Source: an uncultured Rikenellaceae bacterium
Lineage (GTDB): Bacteria; Bacteroidota; Bacteroidia; Bacteroidales; VadinHA17
Reading direction: 5' to 3'
DNA length: 64,000 nucleotides
Assembly: GCA_964446825.1 (NCBI GenBank)
Contig: CAYUQR010000004.1
Location: forward strand, 22,828-86,827
Positions 29,057 through 38,844 of the stretch are shown here, piece after piece. How positions within the stretch are numbered: the first letter of the stretch is position 1; each line of letters opens with the position of its first letter. The translations under genes and the position numbers were made by a program. The notes under the pieces are model-generated. The model was not told the origin of the DNA and made no database searches. It saw only the letters and a list, made by a program, of their open reading frames with translations.

Positions 29057-30559
29057 ATGTCTGAGAACCCTATAGGAAGCACCTGGCTAAAACAGAACTA
29101 CCAGCTTTCAAACGTTAAGTTGTCTCATGAATCTTACCTTGGTACACGATCGAAAGTTGAAGCATTGCAGGATGGGACAGTAATAGAAACCTTTCAGAAG
29201 ATGCAATATGCTCTTAAAGCAGACAATCCTGTAAGCCATTTTGAGTTTGCTCTGAAATATGATGATCTTCAAATGAATTTTTTTCAGGCTGTCCTAAAAT
29301 GTATCTCTGTAAAAGATATAGTTGAATTTATAAAATCGACTCCAAACTTTAAATATTCCAGAAAGATAGGATTTTGGTATGAATTCTTAACTAAAGAACG
29401 TCTCCCCATTGAAGATAGGCCAACCATTAACTATGTAGATTTAATTGACTCCAATCGGTATTTTACAGGTGTAAATGTTAAGAACAGCAGGTGGCGAATA
29501 AATAATAATTTACTGGGGGATGTGGGTTTTTGTCCTGCTATTAAGAGAACAGATGCTATTTCAAAAGTACTGGCGCTTGATTTTTCTGAGACTCTCAATA
29601 AAATCTCAAAGAACTATTCCCCTGAGATATTAAAAAGGGCTAATAATTATTTATATAAAAAGGAAACACGTTCATCTTACCAGATCGAAAAAGAAGAACC
29701 AACACCAGAACGCATTGAAAGATTTGTAAATTTATTAAGTAATGCTGGTAAGAACGATATTGCAGAGCTGCTTAGTGAGGAATCTCTGGTAATGTTACAG
29801 AATCAAATTGTTGATCCACGTTTTGCAGCGACAAATTTTCGTGATTTTCAAAATTACATTGGCCAAACAACATTGAATTATGATGAGATCATTAATTACA
29901 TTTGTCCACCACCGGAATTCCTTTCAGATTTAATAAAAGAGCTTTCAAATACTGCCATTAAAATGGAAGTTGTTCATCCAATTGTCAGAGCGGCTGCTGT
30001 TGCTTTTGGATTTGTTTTTATTCACCCGTTTGAAGATGGAAATGGAAGAATTCACAGATTTTTAATTCACGATATTTTATCGAGAGATAATTTTTTACCT
30101 TCAGGAATGATAATTCCCGTTTCTGCTCATATGGTAAATAATATAAAAGATTACGATGACGCCCTTGAAGTTTATTCAAAGCCACTTATGCATATAATCA
30201 AATACACAAAAAACGAAGAACAGGAATTATTGGTCTTAAATGCTTCTGATGTTGAAGGATATTACCGGCTTCCGGATTTAACCGCACAAACTGAATATCT
30301 TTGTAAAGTAATCGAAACCGTTGTATCTCATGACCTCCCTAATGAATTAATTTTTTTGCAAAACTATGATGAGGCTAAGGGGTTAATGAAGCAGAGGGTC
30401 GATATGCCTGATAAACTGATTGATTTATTTATCCGATTTACTCATCAGAATAACGGAATTTTCCCAAAGCGGAGAAGGTCTGATTTCCAAATGTTAAAGG
30501 ATGATGAAATAGAAGCCCTTCAGTCCATTTTTCAAGATGTCTTTACAGTAGAAAAATAG
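29057..30559 (+). CDS. Fic-domain protein
   Basis: HPFEDGNGRIHR motif; ATG at 29057 and TAG at 30557..30559 read on the + strand (ORF track strand label is wrong). Confidence 0.9.
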   Translation: MSENPIGSTWLKQNYQLSNVKLSHESYLGTRSKVEALQDGTVIETFQKMQYALKADNPVSHFEFALKYDDLQMNFFQAVLKCISVKDIVEFIKSTPNFKYSRKIGFWYEFLTKERLPIEDRPTINYVDLIDSNRYFTGVNVKNSRWRINNNLLGDVGFCPAIKRTDAISKVLALDFSETLNKISKNYSPEILKRANNYLYKKETRSSYQIEKEEPTPERIERFVNLLSNAGKNDIAELLSEESLVMLQNQIVDPRFAATNFRDFQNYIGQTTLNYDEIINYICPPPEFLSDLIKELSNTAIKMEVVHPIVRAAAVAFGFVFIHPFEDGNGRIHRFLIHDILSRDNFLPSGMIIPVSAHMVNNIKDYDDALEVYSKPLMHIIKYTKNEEQELLVLNASDVEGYYRLPDLTAQTEYLCKVIETVVSHDLPNELIFLQNYDEAKGLMKQRVDMPDKLIDLFIRFTHQNNGIFPKRRRSDFQMLKDDEIEALQSIFQDVFTVEK

Positions 30560-30673
30560 TCAGAGCTTGTTTTCATTAAATATATTTAAATTTATGTACT
30601 AATAGCCTGATATATATAAATATATGCATTATTATTTGTTTGATGGTTGTATGTGAAATCATTTTTATAAATA

Positions 30674-32020
30674 TTATAATGTAAATGCTAATTTGTATGC
30701 ATCATAGATGGCACTCTGAGCATTCCCCGCTTCTCTGGCATCTCCGGTGTAATAGACGGGTATTTTAAATTCAGGTTTAAAAGGGATATAGCTTGTCATA
30801 CCAGTGGAAACCACAATTGTATCTATATCGTCAAACCGGATATCCTCTCCGTTTTTCTCTGCAAAAACGGTTTTTCCTTCAACCTTTTTAATATTAGTAT
30901 GATCACTAAAGACTGTACCGCTGTCTCTCATAATTTTTAATGAAAGATTTTTAGCAATCATTTCCATATCTTCCCCAAAATCAGTTGTTCTTTTAACAAT
31001 AATTACTTTATTGTTTAGCGGTATTAAAGCAGTTGCAATATCAACGCCAATCAGCCCTCCGCCAATAATAAGTATTTTTTGATTTTCCGGTAAATTTTTT
31101 CTCAGCAAAATATCAGCCCGATAAAATTTATCTAACCCGGGAATTACTGGAATTTTTGGCTCAGATCCTGTGGCAAATATCACACCATCATACCCGGTCA
31201 GAATATCTGCTTTTGTAACTTCTTTAAAAATTATATTGATACCATACTTTTTTAATCTCTCAACGAAATATGGAACCAAACGTCCCATTGATTTCTTATT
31301 GGGAGTTAAGGGAGCTAAATTAAATTGCCCCCCCAGTCTGTTTTTTTCATAAAGATCAACGCCATGTCCTCTCTTTTTCAAAATTATCGCAGCTTCCATT
31401 CCTGCTATGCCTCCTCCGATGATAGCAAAGTGTTTAGGTTGTCTGGCTAGTTCATAAACCTCAGTTCCCCGGCCCACTTCCGGATTTACAAGACATTGAA
31501 GTCCCTGCCCTGATTTAACTCCTCCATGACATCCTTCTGCACATGCAAGACATGGCCTGATATTCCCGCTCACAAGCCCAAAGTGTTTACCGATAAAGTC
31601 AGGATCAGCTACCAGCGCCCGCCCCAACGCGATATATTCAGCATGATATTTTTGTTCCAGTAACTGAATATCTTCCCTGGCATTAACCTGTCCCACAAAT
31701 ATTACCGGTATTTTTACCTCTGACTTTATTTTACCTGCCAATTCCCATGTTTTACCTTTTGCGACAAACATGTGTTGAAAAAACCATGGTGGCGTTGAGC
31801 AGGCAGAGCCGGCAGAAACATGAATGGCTTTGTTACCTTATTCATCATGTCGCGGGTAATCATTTCAGGTACGGCCCCTCCGTTTTCACAAGCCTCGCCT
31901 GTTGACGACCAGAAATAATTTCCCGGTATTTTAGGATTTACCATTCTCCCCGGGTGATTAAGGTGTGCGGTCACTTTAGCCCCATTGTTATGCATCAGGT
32001 TAACCAGGCTGGTCAGCCCG
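30674..32020 (-). pseudogene. NADH:flavin oxidoreductase (Old Yellow Enzyme/2,4-dienoyl-CoA reductase-like), 5' truncated with an internal frameshifting deletion
   Basis: HLNHPGRM segment, then a frameshift near 31835 to AIHVSAGSACSTPPWFFQH; intact CLACAEGC and GGGIAG C-terminal half. Confidence 0.85.
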
Positions 32021-32511
32021 GGTATTTTATCCATGTCGGATTCGCCATAGTCGAGTATAAAGAAACTGCCTCCGGGCTTAAGATGCTCATATGCATTTTT
32101 TATAACGGCATCTCTCACTTCATGAGGAAAACCATGTATTACAAAACTGATAAAAGCTTTGTCATATCTCTTTTGTAAATTAAGCGGCTGATCGATTCTG
32201 CGGTTGATAAACTCAATTCTCTTATCGTCGTTAAATTTCTGACGGAATTGTTTTTCCATGTGTTCAGAAATATCCAATCCGGTTATATGGCCGTTATGGT
32301 TTAAATATTTACGCATCAGATTTGCATTTCTGCCCGTTCCGCGGCCCAAATCAAGAATTTGATCATCGGGTTTTATCTCCGTATCACGGATTACCTTTTT
32401 TATAAAACTCCTGTACATTCCAAGAGAACCGATATTCATCACCTTATCGTAATTTTTAGCAGTGAAAGGATTCAGCTCGACACCCGAATCAGGATAAATT
32501 TTTGTACTCAT
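32020..32511 (-). pseudogene. Truncated paralog of methyltransferase 12839..13492, fused in frame to the OYE remnant
   Basis: Highly similar up to DYGESDMDKIP; motif I changed to DLGRGTG. Confidence 0.85.
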
Positions 32512-32601
32512 ACCATTTTATTATTTGTTAATATTCAGTTTTAAAGAGGCATTAGAAAGATACCGGCACCAGCCAGATTTATTACAAAATAATGTTATGA
32601 C

Positions 32602-33048
32602 TCAATCATCTTTTCGGATAGTTGTTTTTAATATTCCATTCTTAATAGTAAAGAGCTTATGCTCTTCGGGATTGTTAGCAATTTCATCCTCAATCCATTT
32701 TATGTGCTTTTTCAGAATAAGACTAACTTCTTCCGCCGTCTCCGTATAAACAATAACCGGTATGAAGTACCTGTTAACCATTTTTATGTTTTTACCGAAT
32801 TTTTTTGATACGAGCACTTTAACATCAAGGTTCTGAAGCGAATCAATTATTGCTTTGCCTTTTTTCCGCAAGCCGTGTTCCTGTTTCTCGTCAAGGTTTT
32901 TAAAAATGTTGATTACTTCTTTCAGGAAATGCAATTCATCCATACTCCATTCAAATATTAAATACTTATCAGCATCACCGAAGTGTTTTGCCTCAAAATG
33001 ACCGGCATTGTTAACCGCCATTGCAAATCGAATAGGTTTCCTATTCAT
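32602..33048 (-). CDS. NifB/NifX-family protein
   Basis: KHFGDADKYLIFE, VLVSKKFGKNI. Confidence 0.75.
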   Translation of the reverse strand: MNRKPIRFAMAVNNAGHFEAKHFGDADKYLIFEWSMDELHFLKEVINIFKNLDEKQEHGLRKKGKAIIDSLQNLDVKVLVSKKFGKNIKMVNRYFIPVIVYTETAEEVSLILKKHIKWIEDEIANNPEEHKLFTIKNGILKTTIRKDD

Positions 33049-33059
33049 TTATTCACATT

Positions 33060-34280
33060 TTATTTTTTGCAGTCAATTTTTCGGATAAAATAAACTGACA
33101 TTAATACAATAATCATAAATAGTAAGAAGAAAGGACGGAAACCTAACCAGTTAATAATCAATCCGCCTGAAAGAGGGAAAATAGCAGGCAGTATATTTCC
33201 TGCTCCGGCAAATCCTGTATATAGTGCCCTGTTCTCTTTGTCTGAAACTTCAAGTAATAACCCGTTCATGGTAATTGAATATAATGAATAAATTATACCT
33301 CCCAGGATAAAAATATATCTGAGTGTATGCTCATCACCAACGAGTAATGTGATAGTTATAACCACCACCGACAATATCACATTTACATAAAGAAGAGGAT
33401 TATACTTAATTTTTTTTGAAGAGAAGAATACCATAAGGCTTATGATAACTATCCCGAATACTTTATAGAGTAAAAAGTTCCCGGTATCCTGACTCTGTGT
33501 ATTCAATGTTTCTTTGGCATAAAGCATAACAAAGGGCAGAAAGGAGATAATAATACCCTGTGTATTTATAAAACCGAGAAAATAGGCCAGCCTTTTATTC
33601 TCCTTTAATTCCGATCGAAGTATCCTTATGAAATCTTTAAATCCACTGATTTTTAATGTTGATGGAATATTTTCTTTTATATTCCAAAACCCTCCTGAAG
33701 CAATAAAAAGTAATAATGCCCCTGCAAAAAACATGTATGCATAATTTACTGGATATTCTGCTGACGATAATACTCTTTTTGCAAGGAAAGCAGATAATAA
33801 AACTACGATTCCAGCCAGTATTTGTTTTGTAGAAAAGAACAATTTTCTCTTATCTTCATTTATGCTCTTACCTAAAATATCAGCATAACTTATATTTGCA
33901 AATGCCCCACTTAACGAGAATATGGTTAATAATAGAAAGATAAGCCAAATAACCCATTTCGTCTGTGTACCCTGCAAATAAAATAAGATGAAACCCAAAG
34001 CGAAAATAGAAATCGTCCTTAAATTTATGCCTAATATCAGAAATTTCTTTTTAAAAGTCTTATTACTGATATAGGGTGCAAACAACAACTGCGTAAAACT
34101 CGAACCTCCCATCATAATGGCCGTCATAACACCTATATGTATTGCCTTCCCGCCTGAATCGATAAGCATTGAAGGAATGACAGTGTCAACATCCATAAAA
34201 CTTTGAGCCAGGGCAAGGAATCCGGCATGCCAAAGAAAGGAATAAAAGTTATGATTCGATATTTCACGTGGCAGAGTCAT
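33060..34280 (-). CDS. MFS transporter
   Basis: About 12 hydrophobic segments, YADILGKSI, ENRALYTG; likely start ATG 34280. Confidence 0.85.
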   Translation of the reverse strand: MTLPREISNHNFYSFLWHAGFLALAQSFMDVDTVIPSMLIDSGGKAIHIGVMTAIMMGGSSFTQLLFAPYISNKTFKKKFLILGINLRTISIFALGFILFYLQGTQTKWVIWLIFLLLTIFSLSGAFANISYADILGKSINEDKRKLFFSTKQILAGIVVLLSAFLAKRVLSSAEYPVNYAYMFFAGALLLFIASGGFWNIKENIPSTLKISGFKDFIRILRSELKENKRLAYFLGFINTQGIIISFLPFVMLYAKETLNTQSQDTGNFLLYKVFGIVIISLMVFFSSKKIKYNPLLYVNVILSVVVITITLLVGDEHTLRYIFILGGIIYSLYSITMNGLLLEVSDKENRALYTGFAGAGNILPAIFPLSGGLIINWLGFRPFFLLFMIIVLMSVYFIRKIDCKK

Positions 34281-34288
34281 TTTTAGAA

Positions 34289-34786
34289 TTATTTTAATAA
34301 CTCTTTCAGGCAATGTATCTTAAAACAAAACCAAGGCAATCGGTTTTTATATTCGATATAGTCTTTCCCGAATTTTTTAATGGCTTCCGGCTCTTCCATG
34401 AATTTAATCATGATCAGCATAAAAATTATTTCACCCGAAGCAATAAAAAGAATAAACGAAGGAGAACCTATCAAGAAGGCAAAACTTAACGGGAGAAAGA
34501 GCAAGCCAAGATGCATTGGATGCCTCATATATTTATAAGCGCCCTGATTAACAAGGACATTAGTTTCCATTCTTTTTAAATTCCCTTCGCGTCCATATTT
34601 TGCCAGTGTTCTTCCTGTATTTTTGCTTATCTTAAGTACTAATATCATAAGCAAAACTCCAATTAAAAAACTTATGATATGAAAGCCAATGCTGGTATGG
34701 GCATTTTCAAATAAGATAGTATCAAGGTAAAAACCCAGAACAGAACCTACTACTATCAATATTATCCAAACCAGTATTCTTACCAT
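34289..34786 (-). CDS. ICMT/PEMT-family membrane methyltransferase
   Basis: LVNQGAYKYMRHPMHLG, EEPEAIKKFG.DY..Y. Confidence 0.85.
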   Translation of the reverse strand: MVRILVWIILIVVGSVLGFYLDTILFENAHTSIGFHIISFLIGVLLMILVLKISKNTGRTLAKYGREGNLKRMETNVLVNQGAYKYMRHPMHLGLLFLPLSFAFLIGSPSFILFIASGEIIFMLIMIKFMEEPEAIKKFGKDYIEYKNRLPWFCFKIHCLKELLK

Positions 34787-34808
34787 TATTTTTTACTTTT
34801 TTATGCTT

Positions 34809-35096
34809 TCACCCTTTCCATGCTTCATTTTCTAACTGTAAAAACCGCGTTTTTTCTTCCTGAGTCATTACTCTGATGGTGTATTCAAATTCTAATCCCA
34901 GGGATTGAACAGGTTGTGAAACTGAACTAATAAGCGCTTCAGCTATGGGAATATTAGGGAAGGGGAATGCAAAAACCACTTTTACCTTATCATCAATTAA
35001 TTCCACATCAGTAACTATTCCTAATTTTATCAGAGAGTAACTGATAGCAGGATGATCTACCTGCGACAACGTATTTAAAACAATTTCTTTAGTCAT
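34809..35096 (-). CDS. DUF59/Fe-S cluster assembly-like small protein
   Basis: LSQVDHPAISYSLIKLGIVTDV. Confidence 0.65.
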   Translation of the reverse strand: MTKEIVLNTLSQVDHPAISYSLIKLGIVTDVELIDDKVKVVFAFPFPNIPIAEALISSVSQPVQSLGLEFEYTIRVMTQEEKTRFLQLENEAWKG

Positions 35097-35111
35097 AGTG
35101 AAATTATTAAA

Positions 35112-35912
35112 TTAAATTTTATCAGCATCTACAACAATTTCGTTTCGGTCATTTGTCTTTACAACATCCTTTAAAGACTCTGTATTAGGGAGGTAACCGA
35201 TGAAAATAAAGACACCGTCAGTTTTCATTTCGGACAATTCACCTGTTGTCAGGGTTTCGATCATCACGGCTTCAAGTATCTCATTACCTTTAATTTCCCT
35301 GAGTTCAGATCCCATTATAAAACTGATCTTCGGGTTCTTTTTTGCTTCCTGTATGGCATGTTCAAAAGCCTGAAAATTATTGAATTGATGCACAATGGTA
35401 ACTTTCGATGCAAAATTTGTAAGTGTAACTGCTTCTTCGAGAGCTGAATTTCCTCCACCCACTACAATTATTTCTTTGCCTGTAAAAAAATCGCCATCGC
35501 AAGTGGCACAATAGGAAATATCGGTGCCTTTACACTTTTCTTCATCCGGAATATTTAACGGGCGTGGTTTCCCCCCAGGCGCAAGAATAACTGATTTTGC
35601 CTGAAAGCTGCGACCATCTTCAAGTTCAATGGTTTTTATATTACCCTCCAGTTTATATCCGGCTATTTTGATATTCGACTTTATTTTACAGCCAAAATCT
35701 TTTGCCTGTTTTTTCATGATATTGGCCAATGTATAACCTTTGGTTGACTCAACCCCCGGATAATTAGCAATCTCGTCGGTCAAAATCATTTGTCCTCCGA
35801 TAGCACCTTCATTCAGGATGAGTGTGTCCAGCTTAGCTCTTGAAGAATAGATGCCTGCCGCCAAACCTGCCGCTCCGGCACCTAAAATCATCACATCATA
35901 TACTTCGTCCAT
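35112..35912 (-). pseudogene. trxB: Thioredoxin reductase, C-terminally truncated
   Basis: GAGAAG, CATCDG, GGGNSA present; ends at VVDADKI, missing the ~40-aa GD/FAD-binding tail seen in paralog 53115..54383. Confidence 0.8.
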
Positions 35913-35967
35913 GTTACTGAGAATCTATATTGCAAATCCGCAACTATAAGGCTATAGATATAAAATG

Positions 35968-36315
35968 CTATGCAAAAAACTGATCCATAACAGATATAAT
36001 TTGTTCCTTGTCCTGAATACTTGTAGTCGCCGTTACCATTTGCCCGTTTTTATAATACACGTTGAAAGGTAGCCCCATAAACCCCCTGCACAATGGGGCA
36101 TTCCTTATAGGAGAAGCCTCCGAAGTATCAAATCCCATTACATAAAATTTAACATCCGGCCGTTCTTCTTCCAATTCTTCCATTGCATCATAAACAGGAA
36201 TACACATGGGCCCCATACGGCCACAACTGACCATTACATTTTCATTCTCATTTATTATCTTCTCAAGTTCTGTTGCTGTTTCTATTTCATGAACAGCTGT
36301 TTCCAACATTTTCAT
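35968..36315 (-). CDS. Thioredoxin-fold protein with CGRMGPMC motif
   Basis: VSCGRMGPMCIPVY, GLPFNVYYKNG; next to trxB. Confidence 0.75.
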   Translation of the reverse strand: MKMLETAVHEIETATELEKIINENENVMVSCGRMGPMCIPVYDAMEELEEERPDVKFYVMGFDTSEASPIRNAPLCRGFMGLPFNVYYKNGQMVTATTSIQDKEQIISVMDQFFA

Positions 36316-36474
36316 ACTCTATAAATTAAAATTTAACATTATTATTAATTATTCCTTCACATATTCGTTTATGGGCAATTCTTTCAGGTAGGCAGATAAT
36401 TCTCTTATCTGTTTCCATTTAAAAAGATAAATAAAATGGCCTCAGCACTGGCTATTTGTATTTGATTTTTCATG

Positions 36475-36819
36475 TCAGGCCATTATTTCTGAAATAATTC
36501 CTTCATCCGATCTAAGCTTACCATTTATATAATCCTCGATAAGGTTACGCGGTGTATTTACAGGGATCCCCACAAAAAGGTTTATTCTTAAAGGAGCAAA
36601 TAAAGTGATAATTCGTTTATCGATCCTGTGAACAATAATATCTGTTATTCCTTCTACTGATGCCCACTCCGGCAATTTTGTTATATACTCCTTCGGAGCT
36701 ATTTCTATCTCTTCGCTTATCACATTACCATCGTTAATTTCAAATATTTCATAATGATCACACTGCCCGAAATATTCGCTTAGCCGACCTCCAACAACAG
36801 GAATTGCTACTCTTTTCAT
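36475..36819 (-). CDS. NifB/NifX-family protein
   Basis: RVAIPV..LSEYFGQCDHYEIF. Confidence 0.8.
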   Translation of the reverse strand: MKRVAIPVVGGRLSEYFGQCDHYEIFEINDGNVISEEIEIAPKEYITKLPEWASVEGITDIIVHRIDKRIITLFAPLRINLFVGIPVNTPRNLIEDYINGKLRSDEGIISEIMA

Positions 36820-37100
36820 TTAAATTTCAATTATTGACCGCAAAGATACCGTCAGTAATTTTTGCATTGACGAAAGCCGGTTTGGAAAATCAGTAGTTTT
36901 GTTTGAAATATTATAACTTTTTTCTTATAAAATTTCACTACTGACCGACTAAAAGTATGAGATTCTGAGTGAAACGATGTGAAGCGAAGAATCTCCTTTA
37001 AATATCATAGATTATCCCTTTAATAGTGTAAGTTTATCAGCAAAGATTAACATTTACCGACATTATATTTATTTTTGCATACATTTTTAATACTAAAAGC

Positions 37101-37793
37101 TTGGAACCCGATAGCAACAATAATTGTAAGGAATGTAAAAAAATATCAAAGTGTTTTCAGTATTTATATCCCAATGAACTGGAATTTATAAACAGCAGGA
37201 AAACGCAGATAATTTATTTAAAAGGCGAGACTATATTTAAACAAGGCGCCTTTGCTCCTTATATTTTATATGTTGTTGATGGCCTTGTAAGGGTATTTCT
37301 GCAAACAGGCAGTACAAAACAATTAAATATCCGTTTGACAAAACAGGGTGATTTCATGGCTTTTTCATCTGTTTTCGGGGACAATGTTTACAACTGTTCG
37401 GCAGTAGCCTTAAAGGATTCAACAATATGCATGATTGAAAAAACAGCATTGAAACAATTATTAATGAAAAATGCTGATTTTGCCATGCGTATCACATCCA
37501 GGAATTACAAGAATGAAGCACGATATCTTGATATAATACAAAATATTTCCTATAAGCAAATGAGGGGTAAACTGGCTTCGGCCTTATTATATTTGTCTTC
37601 GGAAGAATTCCCTGAAGAAAATGTTTTTCAATATTTAACCCGGCAGGATATTGCAGACTTTGCATCAATTACAATTGAAAGTGCTGTTAAATTTATCAAA
37701 GAATTTGAGAATGATGGAATTTTGAAGCTTAACGGGAAGGACCTTAAAATAATTAATAAGGATAAACTCGAAGAAATTGCTAAAAGAGGATAA
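37101..37793 (+). CDS. Crp/Fnr-family regulator with N-terminal Cys cluster
   Basis: CKECKKISKC, cNMP-like domain, HTH LTRQDIADFASITIES; TTG start. Confidence 0.9.
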   Translation: MEPDSNNNCKECKKISKCFQYLYPNELEFINSRKTQIIYLKGETIFKQGAFAPYILYVVDGLVRVFLQTGSTKQLNIRLTKQGDFMAFSSVFGDNVYNCSAVALKDSTICMIEKTALKQLLMKNADFAMRITSRNYKNEARYLDIIQNISYKQMRGKLASALLYLSSEEFPEENVFQYLTRQDIADFASITIESAVKFIKEFENDGILKLNGKDLKIINKDKLEEIAKRG

Positions 37794-37798
37794 ATTAT

Positions 37799-37870
37799 GG
37801 CCCGTTTGTCCAGGGGTCAGGACGGTAAATTCTTAGTCTACAGACGAAAGGTCGATTCTGTTGCTGACTA
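37799..37870 (+). pseudogene. Degenerate tRNA (tRNA-Glu-like 5' half)
   Basis: GGCCCGT-TT-GTCCAGGGGTCAGGAC then cloverleaf-spaced but mismatched anticodon, T and acceptor stems. Confidence 0.55.
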
Positions 37871-37890
37871 CAAAAAAAAGTAATAAGTTA

Positions 37891-38292
37891 TTAGTCAGGA
37901 TTTAGCCTGGTAATATTATCCGAATCGCATTTCCGGCATTGGTCTGCCGGTTTTATGGTAACCATTGTTTCGTGACAATCATCGCACCTATACCAATAAT
38001 CCTCAGTTACATACGTCCCACCCTGAATAATAATTGCTTTCCCTTCCACAAACGCCTTTGCAATATTTTTACGGGCTTTGTCGTATAGTCTCGTAAAAGT
38101 CGGACGTGAAATATTCATCTTTTTTGCAGCCTCTTCCTGTGTAAGATTTTCGTAATCGGCAAGCCTCAAAGCCTCATACTCTTCATACTTTAAATCAACA
38201 GATCCCAGTTCCCGCATCGGAATGCCAAATGGTTTATACCCTTCCATCTGAGGAGGTCTTGTTATTCTTCTATGTCGAATACGGTTGGGCAT
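37891..38292 (-). CDS. DUF134 protein
   Basis: EEYEALRLADY, MNISRPTFTRLY, CDDC..CRKC. Confidence 0.9.
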   Translation of the reverse strand: MPNRIRHRRITRPPQMEGYKPFGIPMRELGSVDLKYEEYEALRLADYENLTQEEAAKKMNISRPTFTRLYDKARKNIAKAFVEGKAIIIQGGTYVTEDYWYRCDDCHETMVTIKPADQCRKCDSDNITRLNPD

Positions 38293-38361
38293 TTTGCAAT
38301 TCAGATATAAATTAAATAGCTCTTAATACATCATTAATTAAGGTACAAATTTAATGTTTTA

Positions 38362-38377
38362 ATGCACCAATGTTCAT
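38362..38377. promoter_or_regulatory. Operator ATGCAC-CAAT-GTTCAT
   Basis: One mismatch; upstream of DUF134 gene, near minus-strand -7 TAAATTTG (38346..38353). Confidence 0.7.
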
Positions 38378-38412
38378 TTAATCTGCTTTTTAATTAGTTT
38401 TGCACCCACATT

Positions 38413-38485
38413 CGGCCCGTAGCTCAGCTGGCAGAGCACGTGACTCTTAATCATGGGGTCGAGGGTTCGATTCCCTCCGGGCCGA
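38413..38485 (+). tRNA. tRNA-Lys(CTT)
   Basis: Acceptor CGGCCCG/CGGGCCG, D arm GCTC/GAGC, anticodon loop CT-CTT-AA, T arm GAGGG-TTCGATT-CCCTC; CCA not encoded. Confidence 0.95.
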
Positions 38486-38499
38486 CAATTTTTACATCA

Positions 38500-38640
38500 T
38501 CACCCGTTTGCACTTATCATTATGAGTGTTTTCTTATTCAGAATCTCAGTTTTCCTGCATGAGATCTTTATAATGTTATCCTTTTCGAATTCAGTCAGTA
38601 TGCGACTTACGCTCTTTCTTTATGCATCTAATATACTCAT
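38500..38640 (-). pseudogene. C-terminal HTH remnant of a fourth Crp/Fnr gene
   Basis: LDA*RKSVSRILTEFEKDNIIKISCRKTEILNKKTLIMISANG* matches the C-terminus of 40490..41167. Confidence 0.8.
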
Positions 38641-38746
38641 TTTTCAATTTGTTTAGCTAATATTTAAGAAACTGAATCTAAATGCAAATCTATCTGATAC
38701 ATTTGTTGCAGGGGGAAAAAAACATATTGAAGATTATAGCCGAATT

Positions 38747-38765
38747 GTTGAGATATTTCAACTTT
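38747..38765. promoter_or_regulatory. FNR-like palindrome GTTGAGATATTTCAAC(TTT)
   Basis: Identical to 14002..14020. Confidence 0.45.
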
Positions 38766-38844
38766 AGTACTCTACCAAATCAATAGATGAATACGCGTCA
38801 TATCTCAACAGGCAGAAATAGTGATACCTAAAATGATGCATATT

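Noticed and set aside
29057-30559. ORF-track label of minus strand for the Fic gene
   Set aside because: ATGTCTGAGAACCCT at 29057 and GAAAAATAG at 30551..30559 read directly on the + strand
36340-36430. Short fragment KWKQIRELSAYLKELPINEYVKE* on the minus strand
   Set aside because: May be another 3' shard, but I cannot recognise the family
36961-36995. ATTCTGAGTGAAACGATGTGAAGCGAAGAATCT, resembling a known dispersed palindromic element
   Set aside because: Single degenerate copy in the window; insufficient support
38413-38485. tRNA-Lys as an integration site
   Set aside because: No integrase and no duplicated 3' end of the tRNA found by eye in the window
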